DNA of 64,000 nt from Cyanobacteria bacterium auto_48_18 (GCA_036170915.1 JAVHQC010000034.1:1-64000), one strand, 5' to 3'; numbered from the stretch's first letter, positions 1 to 9,067 are shown. The notes: generated by a model not told the origin, from the letters alone. Program-made: numbers and translations.

Positions 1-53
1 AGAGACGATCTTAGCTAATTAATAAATCGGTCCAGAGTTGCGGGTCCACCACA
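1..53 (-). mobile_element. possible IS3-family terminal inverted repeat (element would continue beyond the window start)
   Basis: Minus strand from 53 reads TGTGGTGGACCCGCAACTCTGGACCGATT. This resembles IS3-family ends (5'-TG...GGAC) and begins exactly where the nuclease ORF stops looking like its family. No transposase is visible. Confidence 0.45.
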
Positions 54-1190
54 GTGTTCTTCACTACGGCGGGCATTATCCCAAAGCACTGGCAACAAGT
101 GAGAATACCGAGAGCCCTCAATGAAATACAATCCGCAATCTGCTGATATTTGTTCAATCATTTCCTTGCTTGACGTACCTTCGCGCCAAAACTTAGCCTC
201 CACAATCAACTTCATTGACGGTATGGCAATATCAGAACGCGGCTGATAGCCACCAATTAGTGGAGTGAACTCTTCGTATGTAAGGTCCGGAAAGATTGGC
301 GCTAGGATGAGCCAGAGCATATTTTGAAAATGATACTCATGATCCAAATGCCACTTCCTGGCAGTTCCTCCCCGCGTCTTTGGTTTTTCTTCCCAAGTCC
401 ATCGCCGCAACCCAAACGGCAAACTGTGAAGGATAGAAGTTACTTGTTCAATCGTCGCCTGGTTCGGCACGATTCTCGGAGAGGCTCTTCTGATCCATCG
501 AATAGCTGCCAATTGAAAGAGTACTCTCTGGTGATTACTTACATTCGGACTCTGATTCATAGCCATATCGAGAGTGTCGAACAAATCATTATCACTATTG
601 GACTGTAAATGGATGTCTTTGGATTGCAACGCAATCCGAACGTCTGCGCAATCCCGTGTAGGTGAAAAAGTAGGAGGCTTTTGAGAACCTAATACGACAT
701 GAGCAGCTGCAACCAACGCACGTTGATACTCATCAACACCTGGAAATTCGCAGATTCGATCACTGAAACTCTCCAACCACGTGATAGTTTTCTCAATCTT
801 CGCAGTGTCTTTAAGCGCAGCAACTCCCAGCGATATACCAAGTAATGCGACTGCATCGATCGCAAAACCAACAGGTACATTGTCGATAAACGCAGAGCAC
901 CCGCACAGCCAAGAAAGTCCTACGTCAAAAGCTAATAAGCTTTCGCTATCGTGCAAACCACTTGCGTGTAAATAGCCTAATACTGCAATGTCGCGATAAG
1001 TCCGACTTGCCCCTTGAACAGATGTTTTCGTCGCAGTCAAGATTTCATTCAATGAACATTTGGTACCGTCCGCTCCCAGTAGCCAAACCAAGAGTGCTAC
1101 GCCGATAAAATCAGTGCAGCTTATTTGCCTAACAGATCGATCAAGCATCGACTCAACGTCACCCAGGAGGACTTCGGCAGCTTCAATCAT
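15..1190 (-). CDS. Argonaute-associated PD-(D/E)xK nuclease (DpnII/MboI-like C-terminal domain, helical N-terminal domain); probably C-terminally truncated
   Basis: Motif EYHFQ...EEFTP...RSDIAIP...IVEAKF...EQISADCGLY. ATG at 1190 overlaps the pAgo TGA (ATGA), so it is preferred over 1241. Confidence 0.8.
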   Translation of the reverse strand: MIEAAEVLLGDVESMLDRSVRQISCTDFIGVALLVWLLGADGTKCSLNEILTATKTSVQGASRTYRDIAVLGYLHASGLHDSESLLAFDVGLSWLCGCSAFIDNVPVGFAIDAVALLGISLGVAALKDTAKIEKTITWLESFSDRICEFPGVDEYQRALVAAAHVVLGSQKPPTFSPTRDCADVRIALQSKDIHLQSNSDNDLFDTLDMAMNQSPNVSNHQRVLFQLAAIRWIRRASPRIVPNQATIEQVTSILHSLPFGLRRWTWEEKPKTRGGTARKWHLDHEYHFQNMLWLILAPIFPDLTYEEFTPLIGGYQPRSDIAIPSMKLIVEAKFWREGTSSKEMIEQISADCGLYFIEGSRYSHLLPVLWDNARRSEEHCGGPATLDRFIN

Positions 1191-3472
1191 AAGAACCACC
1201 TGGTTGTCCCAATTCGCCCCAGCATTACATCGGGATTCCATTTCGATACTTTGTTTAGATTACCGAGAAGCGATGCCACCAAATCTGAATACAGAATCGA
1301 AACAGGCATTGACGAAGGGAAAAAACTCCTCCAGGAATGATTTGAAAAACTATAGACCTGCCTAGCGATATAAGTCATGTCTCTAAACGTCGAACGCCTG
1401 TCCAAACGCAAAAGGATTGGTCTCGGCAAGCCCTGATCTGGTGTCTTCAGATCATTGGGTCCGGTTAGAACAACAAGAATTTCATGATCACTCATCGAGA
1501 GAAATTGACCACGTTTGGCGGCCCAAATGCCCTTTTTACCTTTGGTCGCATAATCAAACACGCCTGCCTGTCCTTTGTCGAACAGCTGGAGCTGGTGATG
1601 CTCGACCACGTGAACAAAGGCCACTTCAACATCGAAATCAGACAGTTCTTTCATTACTTCAAAAACTGCTTCCGCTTCTTCGTTTTTAACTGGCTTGAAT
1701 CCATGAAATATAAGCCGAACATGGTCACCCTTCTGCCAGTTCATAGACGTCTTTATTCTGGTCACTGTTCTCTGAAGCGATGAGACAAGCGCTTGGCGAT
1801 AATCAGCAAAAGGCACAGCCTGCGACAAATTCTGTAACCAGTAATTACCGTCCCCAGAAAACACTGTAGTGATACCAACAACACGTTCCCTTTTTCCTAG
1901 CCGACCTTCTCCAATACTTGCACTTCCTACGCCGATTACGAGTTCATGTGCAATAGCAGGATTAGCCTTCAGTAGCCACGGTACTCCGCCTAATTTCGCA
2001 TATGTAGCAAGAGCCATATTGTTTAAAACAAATCCGACTTGATAGTCAGAAACCGCAGCCGTCTCGATCTCGAAAGCCTGCGTGGGAATTTGATGTGATA
2101 AAAACATTGACTTCGTCGTGAGGTATGGATTTGCATCACCAATCAATTCATGAAAGTGTTCGTCGATTTGAACAAGAGCAAGATCCCATTTCATCGACTT
2201 ATCTGTGGCATGCTCAATTGCTTTCTTTGCAGCGGCTTGATATGACTCAGTCGAATCGCCCTGTGTCGTGAAAAATTCTGTTCTGACAGAATTCAGACCA
2301 TATTTCCTTATAAATCCCTTCTGAAAACGATCCTTCTGATTGCCACTGTCTACGCCGTCAAGGAATTTCTTGACGAATTGCTCTACCTGTCCTTTTCTGT
2401 TCCCTTGACAGATCACACACACATTGGGTTGGTTCGGTGTAAATGTCTGTGCTGAATATGGACCGTTCGTCTCCAAGCCGCGGTCATGCCAAATGTCGGT
2501 TTTCCTTCCTGCTGGATCGAAAACATATGTTGGCCGTGGGGCATCCTCTATGTGGGCTAGAAAAGAGCTGCCGGACGATGCAAATTCTCCAATTTCGAGA
2601 TTTACTCCCGGAATTATCTCAAGCGACAAATTCGCAAAATACTTGCGGATCTGTTCAATTCTTCTAAATCGCTCAGGTCCAGCTCGAAAATCGGCCAATA
2701 TTTTCCTAAGGCGAATCTGCACAGCATCGGTCTGTGTTCCACACACAAATTCTAAAGACCTTTCGAAAGCATTTCTATCTGGAACCAACGACACCGATGC
2801 AAGCGTCACTTCAGCATAGCCATCTCGATTGTCCACAAGCTTGGCTGTCGTTTCCGTAATTGACTGTACCTTTCCGAGATTCTGTATTTTTTCGCTGTCA
2901 TGATAACGCTTTCCGACATACAATCCTTCCAACACGACTCCGTCACGGCTTAACTCGGAGCAGCTTGCATCGATTCGTTGGGCACTTCTTATATCAACAA
3001 TAAAAACAAGCTCCGAGTGTCTTCCCGCCCGCATTGTTCTGACGGAAACTTCGATTAGTGGTCGCACTGCTAGCCACTTCGGCAGAGCTATCCCGTTAGC
3101 AGCTGCTACTAGTAGATTTTCCGACTCACTCAAAAAACTAAGTGGATCTCTTCCGAGAATTACTCGCCCCATCTCCTTAACTCTTCTTGCAAGAGCTTTT
3201 CTAGCGGCTTCTGCAAGGAGTCCTAGATCGTCTCTAAGACTTTTCTTCTCAACAGTAAAGTCCAACGTCGGTGCATTGGCGACAACAGGCAACAACACAA
3301 CGGAGTCTCCGCGACGGAGTATCGCAAAATGATCCTGATATTGAATCCGCAACTCTTTCAGAGAACCTGAATCCTGGAACGGAGTTGAGTAAACATCCAC
3401 TTCCAGATCGGGAACTTTGATCGGAGCTGCATTCATTACCAATTCGGTTGTACTTGTTGGTCTGTTCGACAT
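1187..3472 (-). CDS. ago: long-B prokaryotic Argonaute (RsAgo-like), catalytically inactive
   Basis: 761 aa. MID 5'-phosphate pocket Y..K..Q..K (NPYLTTK, IPTQ, YAKLGG). PIWI acidic tetrad positions are substituted (VIGVGSA, LIFHGFK). C-terminus SWRSFFPSSMPVSILYS...TRWFL. Confidence 0.93.
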   Translation of the reverse strand: MSNRPTSTTELVMNAAPIKVPDLEVDVYSTPFQDSGSLKELRIQYQDHFAILRRGDSVVLLPVVANAPTLDFTVEKKSLRDDLGLLAEAARKALARRVKEMGRVILGRDPLSFLSESENLLVAAANGIALPKWLAVRPLIEVSVRTMRAGRHSELVFIVDIRSAQRIDASCSELSRDGVVLEGLYVGKRYHDSEKIQNLGKVQSITETTAKLVDNRDGYAEVTLASVSLVPDRNAFERSLEFVCGTQTDAVQIRLRKILADFRAGPERFRRIEQIRKYFANLSLEIIPGVNLEIGEFASSGSSFLAHIEDAPRPTYVFDPAGRKTDIWHDRGLETNGPYSAQTFTPNQPNVCVICQGNRKGQVEQFVKKFLDGVDSGNQKDRFQKGFIRKYGLNSVRTEFFTTQGDSTESYQAAAKKAIEHATDKSMKWDLALVQIDEHFHELIGDANPYLTTKSMFLSHQIPTQAFEIETAAVSDYQVGFVLNNMALATYAKLGGVPWLLKANPAIAHELVIGVGSASIGEGRLGKRERVVGITTVFSGDGNYWLQNLSQAVPFADYRQALVSSLQRTVTRIKTSMNWQKGDHVRLIFHGFKPVKNEEAEAVFEVMKELSDFDVEVAFVHVVEHHQLQLFDKGQAGVFDYATKGKKGIWAAKRGQFLSMSDHEILVVLTGPNDLKTPDQGLPRPILLRLDRRSTFRDMTYIARQVYSFSNHSWRSFFPSSMPVSILYSDLVASLLGNLNKVSKWNPDVMLGRIGTTRWFL

Positions 3473-3666
3473 CCTTCAATAATTTCTCGCACCGCTCAGT
3501 GATATCCAGGCGATATGCCTCAATCGAAGATACGCCCATATTCAAAACTAAGTCCACAATTGTATCGCTAACGAACAAGGATCAAAGGAGTGCACAGGAA
3601 AACTTGTCAAAATCCGGATAAGGGGCGTCGCATCCAAGTTGTTAATTGACTCCTCCATCGCACAAC

Positions 3667-3874
3667 CTACTTTCGATGCACCGAAAGTAGTATCAACACA
3701 TATCTTTGTTTTTGCCAACTTACTTGACGCCGGGGCCCCTTGCGCCCGCTATTTCGGCAGCCGCAGCAGCAGGGGTGGGCCTACTCTTTCGATGCACTAA
3801 AATGACATGGTGAGCGCTTCGGCGCTCCCTGGCTGCCCGGCGTAAGCCTAGCGGACGCAAGCCCGGCGTCAAGT
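3667..3874. repeat. cluster of inverted and direct repeats and tetraloop hairpins
   Basis: 9-bp stem 3667-3690; 13-bp IR 3722-3734/3862-3874; 12-bp direct repeat 3670-3681/3786-3797; GAGCGC-TTCG-GCGCTC at 3812-3827. Confidence 0.7.
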
Positions 3875-4331
3875 CAGAGACTTTGATACTAAAAATTCTT
3901 CACTCACTGGCTAAGCACGGCCGAGCCTCCAGCCATGCTTAGAGCCCTGTCTTTCGGTTTTTTTGTCGTGTAGTTTCCGTTTTCATTCTATCAGCGATCC
4001 CGGTATATCTGAGATACCATGCGTGGTTTGCTGTAACGATTAGAGTATCTAAACATTAGGGTTTTTAGCACAGTGCTCTCCAAAGCTGCTTCCAGCCCAG
4101 TTCTGTCTTGTGGAATTTTGAAAATATGCTGCATCGAACCAACAAACTGTCAATGCAAATCAAGACTAAGCGCCGCTCTTGTCAACGCGCAAAACGACCA
4201 CATGGTGGATTCATTCGGCACCATGTGGTCGCAAAAACGAGGTCTCTGACATAGAGCCGAGGGGTTTACCCTCCCCCCCAGTAAAAAACGGCTCATCTTC
4301 CGAGAAGCCGTAAAAGAAGCCGTTTTAAGTT

Positions 4332-4402
4332 CCTGCCCGGCAAGATTCGAACTTGCGACCTCATGGTCGTAGCCATGCAATCGTTCAATCAAGACTTGGC
4401 AG
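4332..4402 (-). pseudogene. degenerate tRNA-Arg(ACG)-like sequence
   Basis: Minus strand CATGG-CTACGA-CCATG (anticodon arm, 6-nt loop), AGGTC, GCAAG-TTCGAAT-CTTGC (perfect T arm), CGGGCAG. The acceptor stem pairs 5/7, the D arm is poor, and there is no CCA. Confidence 0.6.
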
Positions 4403-4433
4403 ATGGGCCGCTCTGTTTAATAAGTTAAAAAAT

Positions 4434-4518
4434 TGGTGGGCGAGAGAGGACTTGAACCTCCACGTATTACTACACATGATCCTAAGTCAAGCGCGTCTGC
4501 CAATTTCGCCACTCGCCC
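4434..4518 (-). tRNA. trnL: tRNA-Leu(TAG)
   Basis: GGGCGAG...CTCGCCC-A-CCA acceptor, TGGCGAAATTGGCAGACGC D arm, CTTAGGA anticodon loop, long variable arm, GGAGGTTCAAGTCCTC T arm. Confidence 0.97.
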
Positions 4519-4674
4519 ACGAGCGTCTGCCGGGCAAACCGAGTTATCCACAATACCATAAGGTCTAGCGCCTTAGCCAGCCTTTGCGCCCGATGCTACG
4601 GCTTCCGTAACTGTTCGCCCTCTTTGCAAGCGCTAACAGCTATCATATTGCCGTGCCAGCGAGAGGATGAACAG

Positions 4675-4905
4675 ATGAAAAGAATGAACGCCCGCGAAAT
4701 GATGCTCGCCTATTGCGACGGCTGCGACAAACGCCTGGGCGAAATTGGGCTGCCCTCACCGGTCGACGCCGAGCAAGCGGTCTATTCCACCAATGACCTC
4801 GACCTCTGCAACGAATGCTTGCCTGCCGCCGACCCAAAAGTCTGGGATATCCTGGCCAGATTGTATAAGCGCATCGCCGAACTCGAAGGCGCCGCGGCTA
4901 AATGA
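4675..4905 (+). CDS. small CxxC...CxxC (putative Zn-binding) protein
   Basis: GAGAGGA RBS before ATG 4675; CDGC and CNEC motifs; C-terminal coiled-coil-like helix. Confidence 0.65.
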   Translation: MKRMNAREMMLAYCDGCDKRLGEIGLPSPVDAEQAVYSTNDLDLCNECLPAADPKVWDILARLYKRIAELEGAAAK

Positions 4906-5018
4906 AATTTGCCGCTCGAGTTCAGCTTTTCATGTTCTCCGGCATCTTCGGCCTGATGCCGGTCTATTTTTTTGAGCCTCCTCATGCGTGAGGTCCCCGC
5001 ATGCTAATTCTCACTCGG

Positions 5019-7433
5019 CTATAAATCCGATTGTCGTTGTCGATCCTTGATCGACTCAAAAGATAGGGGCACGGTGACATCACGTATTCGCTTTTTTAAT
5101 TCAACTATTTGTCCATATGAAAAAATTCCATCTGGCAAAGCAAGACTATTCAAGTTTTTCATCGTCAGCAAAGCTGGTCGGCATCCGGCTGTGAGACCAG
5201 TGCAAGTTGTTATGTTTAGGTTTCGCAGATTTTTTGCGGCTAAAAGTTCAAGTTTATGATCCGTCATTTGGACACTACGCAGTGATAGTTCTTCTAAATT
5301 TTCGATAGTGGCTATCTGTTTGCAATCGAAGTCTGAAATCGGAGTGCTTCTCAAGGACAGTGATTTCATTTTTTCGCTGTGAGTTAATTTTTCGAGCACG
5401 GTTGACGCATTTGAGCAATAACGAATTTCTAATTTTCGCAGCTGCGGCAGTATTTTGCATCCGACGAACTCTGCAATTGATTTTGGATTGGCCAGCGAAA
5501 TTGTGAAGTCCTCTAGCTTAGTAAGTCTATCGAGTCGGGCAAAATCTACCTCTTCTGAATCAAATAGATCCAGGGTTTTAAGAGAGGTAAGTTTTCCTAT
5601 TTGGTTCAATAACTCAGGGCTGCAATTCCCAGTTGGCAAACCAATTCCTTGAAGTTCATCTTTGCCAAAAAAGCTTAAAAGTTCAGGAAACTCCTGGACG
5701 ATCTGATTCGCTTGAAGCAAAGGCAGCGAGTTGCAGTTTTGTGCAAGCAAGATTCTCCCTTGAGCGTTTTGATATCTGTAATCGGGAAATTGGATGGTAC
5801 CAAGCGAAAAATCGCTGGGAAAATAGAAGGCTTTTTGCATTCGACCATTCATTTCAACCATCCTGGAATAATTGGCCTTATTCGTTTTTAGAAAAGCTTT
5901 CGCCTTTGTTGAGTCTGAGTCTGCGCCTGAGTCTATTGCTGCACTCGTCGCTGCTTGTCTCTCTAATGCTAAAGCTTCGGCTCTTTCATTAGCCCTTGCT
6001 TTCTCATGAGCGGCCAGAATTTTTGAGTAGTCGTGAACGAAAAAAGTCTGCCAGACATAGAAAATGCCTACTGAAATTCCCGCTAAGCAGATAAAGGCAA
6101 AAATAAGCTTTATCGCAGTTTTACTCTGATTTTCGTCCGCCAGATCAGTTTCCAGCAACTGTTTTGGCGCAGGTAGTTCTGCGGCTACACTTTTGCCATC
6201 TCTGATGCGCTCAAGATCAAGAGCGAGTTCTTTAGCCGATTGATAACGCTGGTTCGGTATTTTAGCCATGCATTTTGCAATGACAAAATCAAAAGGTTTG
6301 AGCAGCGAATTTCCCACAATCTCTGCAACACTGGGCGGCTTATCTTCCTCATGCATGAGCGCAATTTCTACAGCAGAGTCTGCTTCAAAAGGTACAAGGC
6401 CGCTAAGTGTTTCAAAAATGGAGCAACCAACTGAATAGATGTCTGACCGCACGTCCACGTCCTGGCCGTTGCACTGCTCAGGGCTCATGTAGTATGGGCT
6501 GCCAAATATTTCACCCACAGAAGTGAGTTCTTGCTGGCCATCTGCCTTTATTAGCTTGGCGATGCCAAAATCGAGTATTTTGACATCCACTGCGCCGCTC
6601 GCGCTCTTGGAACAAATAAAAATGTTGGCTGGTTTGATATCACGATGGATAATACCGTTGCGATGCGCGTAGGTCAGTCCGTCTAGAACCGCAAGAAATA
6701 TCTCCAGTGTGCGCTCGATTGATTGTGGACCTTCACGAGCCAGAATATCTTCCAGATTACGACCTTCGAGATAATCCATCGAATAATAAAAGACAGACTT
6801 TTGATGAATGCCTAAATCGTAAACACTTACCATACAGGGATGCTTTAGCGATGCCAGAGTTTTAGCTTCGGCCTGGAAACGCATCCAGTATTGCTCGCTC
6901 ACCAGATTGGGTGCTAAAACTTTTAATGCATACCGTTGTTGCATGTTTTTGTGGCTAGCAAGATACACAATTCCCATCCCGCCCTGGCCAATAATCCTTT
7001 CTATTTGAAACGCGCCACCGATGATGGTGCCTGGCCCAATAGGCACTTCTATTTGGCTGCCGTTCATCAATTGAGCTTGCCGACTCTTTGCTAACTGACG
7101 CCTTTGATTTATTCGCACGCTAGTTTGCGTTCGACTATAGTTTTTGGCCTTAGCTGCCGGGTTGTTTTGTGGCCCTCTGCATGTGCATCGCAATTCTTTA
7201 AAGAGAAAGGCGGTCATTGATCCGACCTTTTGTACTTCTGATTTCGATTTCCCGCAGCGTTGGCAAATCGTTACTGCTTTAACCTTACTCTCAGGGTCTC
7301 GGGAAAGGCGGAGGTCGCGCTGACGTTTTTTCTCACACTGGCAAAAATTATGTTGAAAGAAATAAGACGTGATCGAGCCAGCCCTTTCGGAAGGCTCGGG
7401 TTTACCGCAACTTTTACAAAGTGGTTTGCTCAT
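5019..7433 (-). CDS. K1: receptor-like Ser/Thr kinase (2x Cys repeat - kinase - TM - LRR)
   Basis: GQGGMG, ALK, HRDIKPAN, DFG, GSPYYMSPE; TM LIFAFICLAGISVGIFYVW; LRR-like C-terminus. Start set at MSKPLC by comparison with paralogs. Confidence 0.92.
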   Translation of the reverse strand: MSKPLCKSCGKPEPSERAGSITSYFFQHNFCQCEKKRQRDLRLSRDPESKVKAVTICQRCGKSKSEVQKVGSMTAFLFKELRCTCRGPQNNPAAKAKNYSRTQTSVRINQRRQLAKSRQAQLMNGSQIEVPIGPGTIIGGAFQIERIIGQGGMGIVYLASHKNMQQRYALKVLAPNLVSEQYWMRFQAEAKTLASLKHPCMVSVYDLGIHQKSVFYYSMDYLEGRNLEDILAREGPQSIERTLEIFLAVLDGLTYAHRNGIIHRDIKPANIFICSKSASGAVDVKILDFGIAKLIKADGQQELTSVGEIFGSPYYMSPEQCNGQDVDVRSDIYSVGCSIFETLSGLVPFEADSAVEIALMHEEDKPPSVAEIVGNSLLKPFDFVIAKCMAKIPNQRYQSAKELALDLERIRDGKSVAAELPAPKQLLETDLADENQSKTAIKLIFAFICLAGISVGIFYVWQTFFVHDYSKILAAHEKARANERAEALALERQAATSAAIDSGADSDSTKAKAFLKTNKANYSRMVEMNGRMQKAFYFPSDFSLGTIQFPDYRYQNAQGRILLAQNCNSLPLLQANQIVQEFPELLSFFGKDELQGIGLPTGNCSPELLNQIGKLTSLKTLDLFDSEEVDFARLDRLTKLEDFTISLANPKSIAEFVGCKILPQLRKLEIRYCSNASTVLEKLTHSEKMKSLSLRSTPISDFDCKQIATIENLEELSLRSVQMTDHKLELLAAKNLRNLNITTCTGLTAGCRPALLTMKNLNSLALPDGIFSYGQIVELKKRIRDVTVPLSFESIKDRQRQSDL

Positions 7434-7603
7434 AAAACAGTAGGTCTGAGATTGATGCCGGTTAATATGCTTCCGCGGGTTCTTCCAGTTAGACCGCTTA
7501 TAATAGCTTATTAAACTACAGGCTGTGAAAGGCTGTATTCTTGCTAAGCACCGGAGCTGGGGCCCCACGTTCAAAGGCAGCCAGATATAACAAGGATTGA
7601 TTC

Positions 7604-9016
7604 ATGACAGGCACTGAAGAAGAGATTCCAGAATACGTTGACCTTCGCTACGAGGCCTTAATCGCACTTGGTGCCGAAGCTCTCGCCGATGCCTTATACG
7701 AGCTGGCAGACTTTAGCGAAGAAGCCGAACAAACTATCGAGCGACTGATCTCTGATGAAGCCACCAATCTCGCCCGCATCGAATCGCGCATTGCCGATTG
7801 CGTCTACGACGAAGAAGCCGAAATTGCCGGACCAATCGACTTCGCTAAGCGCCTCGAATTCTTGTTGCATGACCTCACAGCTAGCGTGCCAACTTCAAAT
7901 AGTTTCGACGGGTTCAGGTTGACTTGTCTCTTCATCGAAAACGACGTAGATGTCTTCGCCAACATTAACGACGATGGCACTTTTTCCCGCATTTTTCAAG
8001 AAGAAGCTATCATCCTGCTTTATTATTACGGAAGCGAATGCACAGATAAAGAATGGCTTTGCCACCAACTTTTCCGCCTTTATGAAGAAGATAAAATTGG
8101 CTCAAGGTGGAATGTTTTCCATGGCGCCCTTGACTATATTCCTGAAGAAAAAGTACGTCAGCTAATTGAGCGCTTGCAGAGTGCCACCAAGAGCAATCCG
8201 GGCCATGAGGAGAAATGGTTGTATGCAGTTGAAGCATTGGCAAAGCAACTTAGAGACTTCGATCTTTTAGAACAGGCTCGCCTTGCGGGCAGTAGCACTT
8301 TATCTACTGCAGACATTTGCGAAATCGCGGGCTTGCGTTTAGATGCCGGCGACGCATCGGGTGCGCTTACTCTGCTGAAAAAAGTAGACGCGATTCGCAA
8401 TCGTCAGACTGAATACAACAAATTGCTTCTGGCTGTCTACAAAGCGCTCGACATGAAAGAAGAGCAGACAGCCCAGGCCTGGAAGTTATTCAAGTCTGTT
8501 CGCAGCGAAGAAAATTTCGAGGCCCTGTTGCAGGCGATTGGTGAAAGCGAACGCGAGACCGTCATCGAAAACGAAATGCCTGATATTTTCGCTAAGCATG
8601 GTGTAACTTACACCGACGCACACTTCCTTTTAAATGGTAAGCGCTTCGACGAAGCAGAGAAGTATCTCTGGCAACACGAAGTGCCTCTCAAACGCGGTCT
8701 CTATGCCAATATTTTGCCTCTCGCCCAGGCCATGGAAGAGCAAGAGCGATATCTCATTTGCAGCGTCTTATATCGAGTGGTGCTCGATGAACTTCTGCGC
8801 GAAGGTTACACAAAGTCTTATCATCATGGAGTTGGTTATCTGCGCAAACTAGATGCCATGTCTGACAAAATCACCGACTGGAAACACGTCGAACCCCATT
8901 CCGATTATCTTGCTCACATTCGCACTCTTCATAGTCGCAAGGGCAGTTTCTGGAGCCAGTACGGCGGCATTTTACCTTCGAAAGAAATTGATCCTTTAAC
9001 CGATAGTGTCCACTGA
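7604..9016 (+). CDS. helical-repeat hypothetical protein (DUF6880-like)
   Basis: 470-aa ORF with AAGGA RBS. C-terminal YHHGVGYLRKL...HSDYLAHIRTLHSRKGSFW matches the DUF6880 pattern as I recall it. Confidence 0.7.
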   Translation: MTGTEEEIPEYVDLRYEALIALGAEALADALYELADFSEEAEQTIERLISDEATNLARIESRIADCVYDEEAEIAGPIDFAKRLEFLLHDLTASVPTSNSFDGFRLTCLFIENDVDVFANINDDGTFSRIFQEEAIILLYYYGSECTDKEWLCHQLFRLYEEDKIGSRWNVFHGALDYIPEEKVRQLIERLQSATKSNPGHEEKWLYAVEALAKQLRDFDLLEQARLAGSSTLSTADICEIAGLRLDAGDASGALTLLKKVDAIRNRQTEYNKLLLAVYKALDMKEEQTAQAWKLFKSVRSEENFEALLQAIGESERETVIENEMPDIFAKHGVTYTDAHFLLNGKRFDEAEKYLWQHEVPLKRGLYANILPLAQAMEEQERYLICSVLYRVVLDELLREGYTKSYHHGVGYLRKLDAMSDKITDWKHVEPHSDYLAHIRTLHSRKGSFWSQYGGILPSKEIDPLTDSVH

Positions 9017-9050
9017 TTGATGATTGCCAGCTTTTGACAATCATCAATCA
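9014..9050. terminator. hairpin between convergent genes
   Basis: 13-bp perfect IR TGATTGATGATTG / CAATCATCAATCA. Confidence 0.55.
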
Positions 9051-9067
9051 ATGTCTCACTTCACGCG

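Noticed and set aside
1187..3472. Active slicer pAgo or short pAgo (SPARTA/SPARSA)
   Set aside because: The catalytic acidic residues are absent, the protein is full length, and there is no TIR/SIR2-APAZ partner.
3249..3578. 109-aa ORF overlapping the pAgo start
   Set aside because: Out-of-frame overlap with pAgo and implausible composition.
4255..4285. GAGGGGTTTACCCTCCCCCCC as a phage cos-like packaging site
   Set aside because: No terminase, HNH or other phage gene nearby; the resemblance is too weak.
4544..4552. Perfect DnaA box TTATCCACA upstream of tRNA-Leu
   Set aside because: Single copy with no cluster, AT-rich unwinding element or dnaA context; another copy falls inside a CDS near 61212, consistent with chance.
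4150..4568. 80-aa and 71-aa ORFs near tRNA-Leu as possible integrase or excisionase fragments
   Set aside because: They overlap the tRNA and the tRNA-like remnant and carry no recombinase motifs.
7434..7574. N-terminal extension of K1 given in the ORF track (also the longer starts at 1241, 12004, 33841, 37210, 56775)
   Set aside because: Paralog alignment, RBS position or stop-start coupling favour the downstream ATGs.
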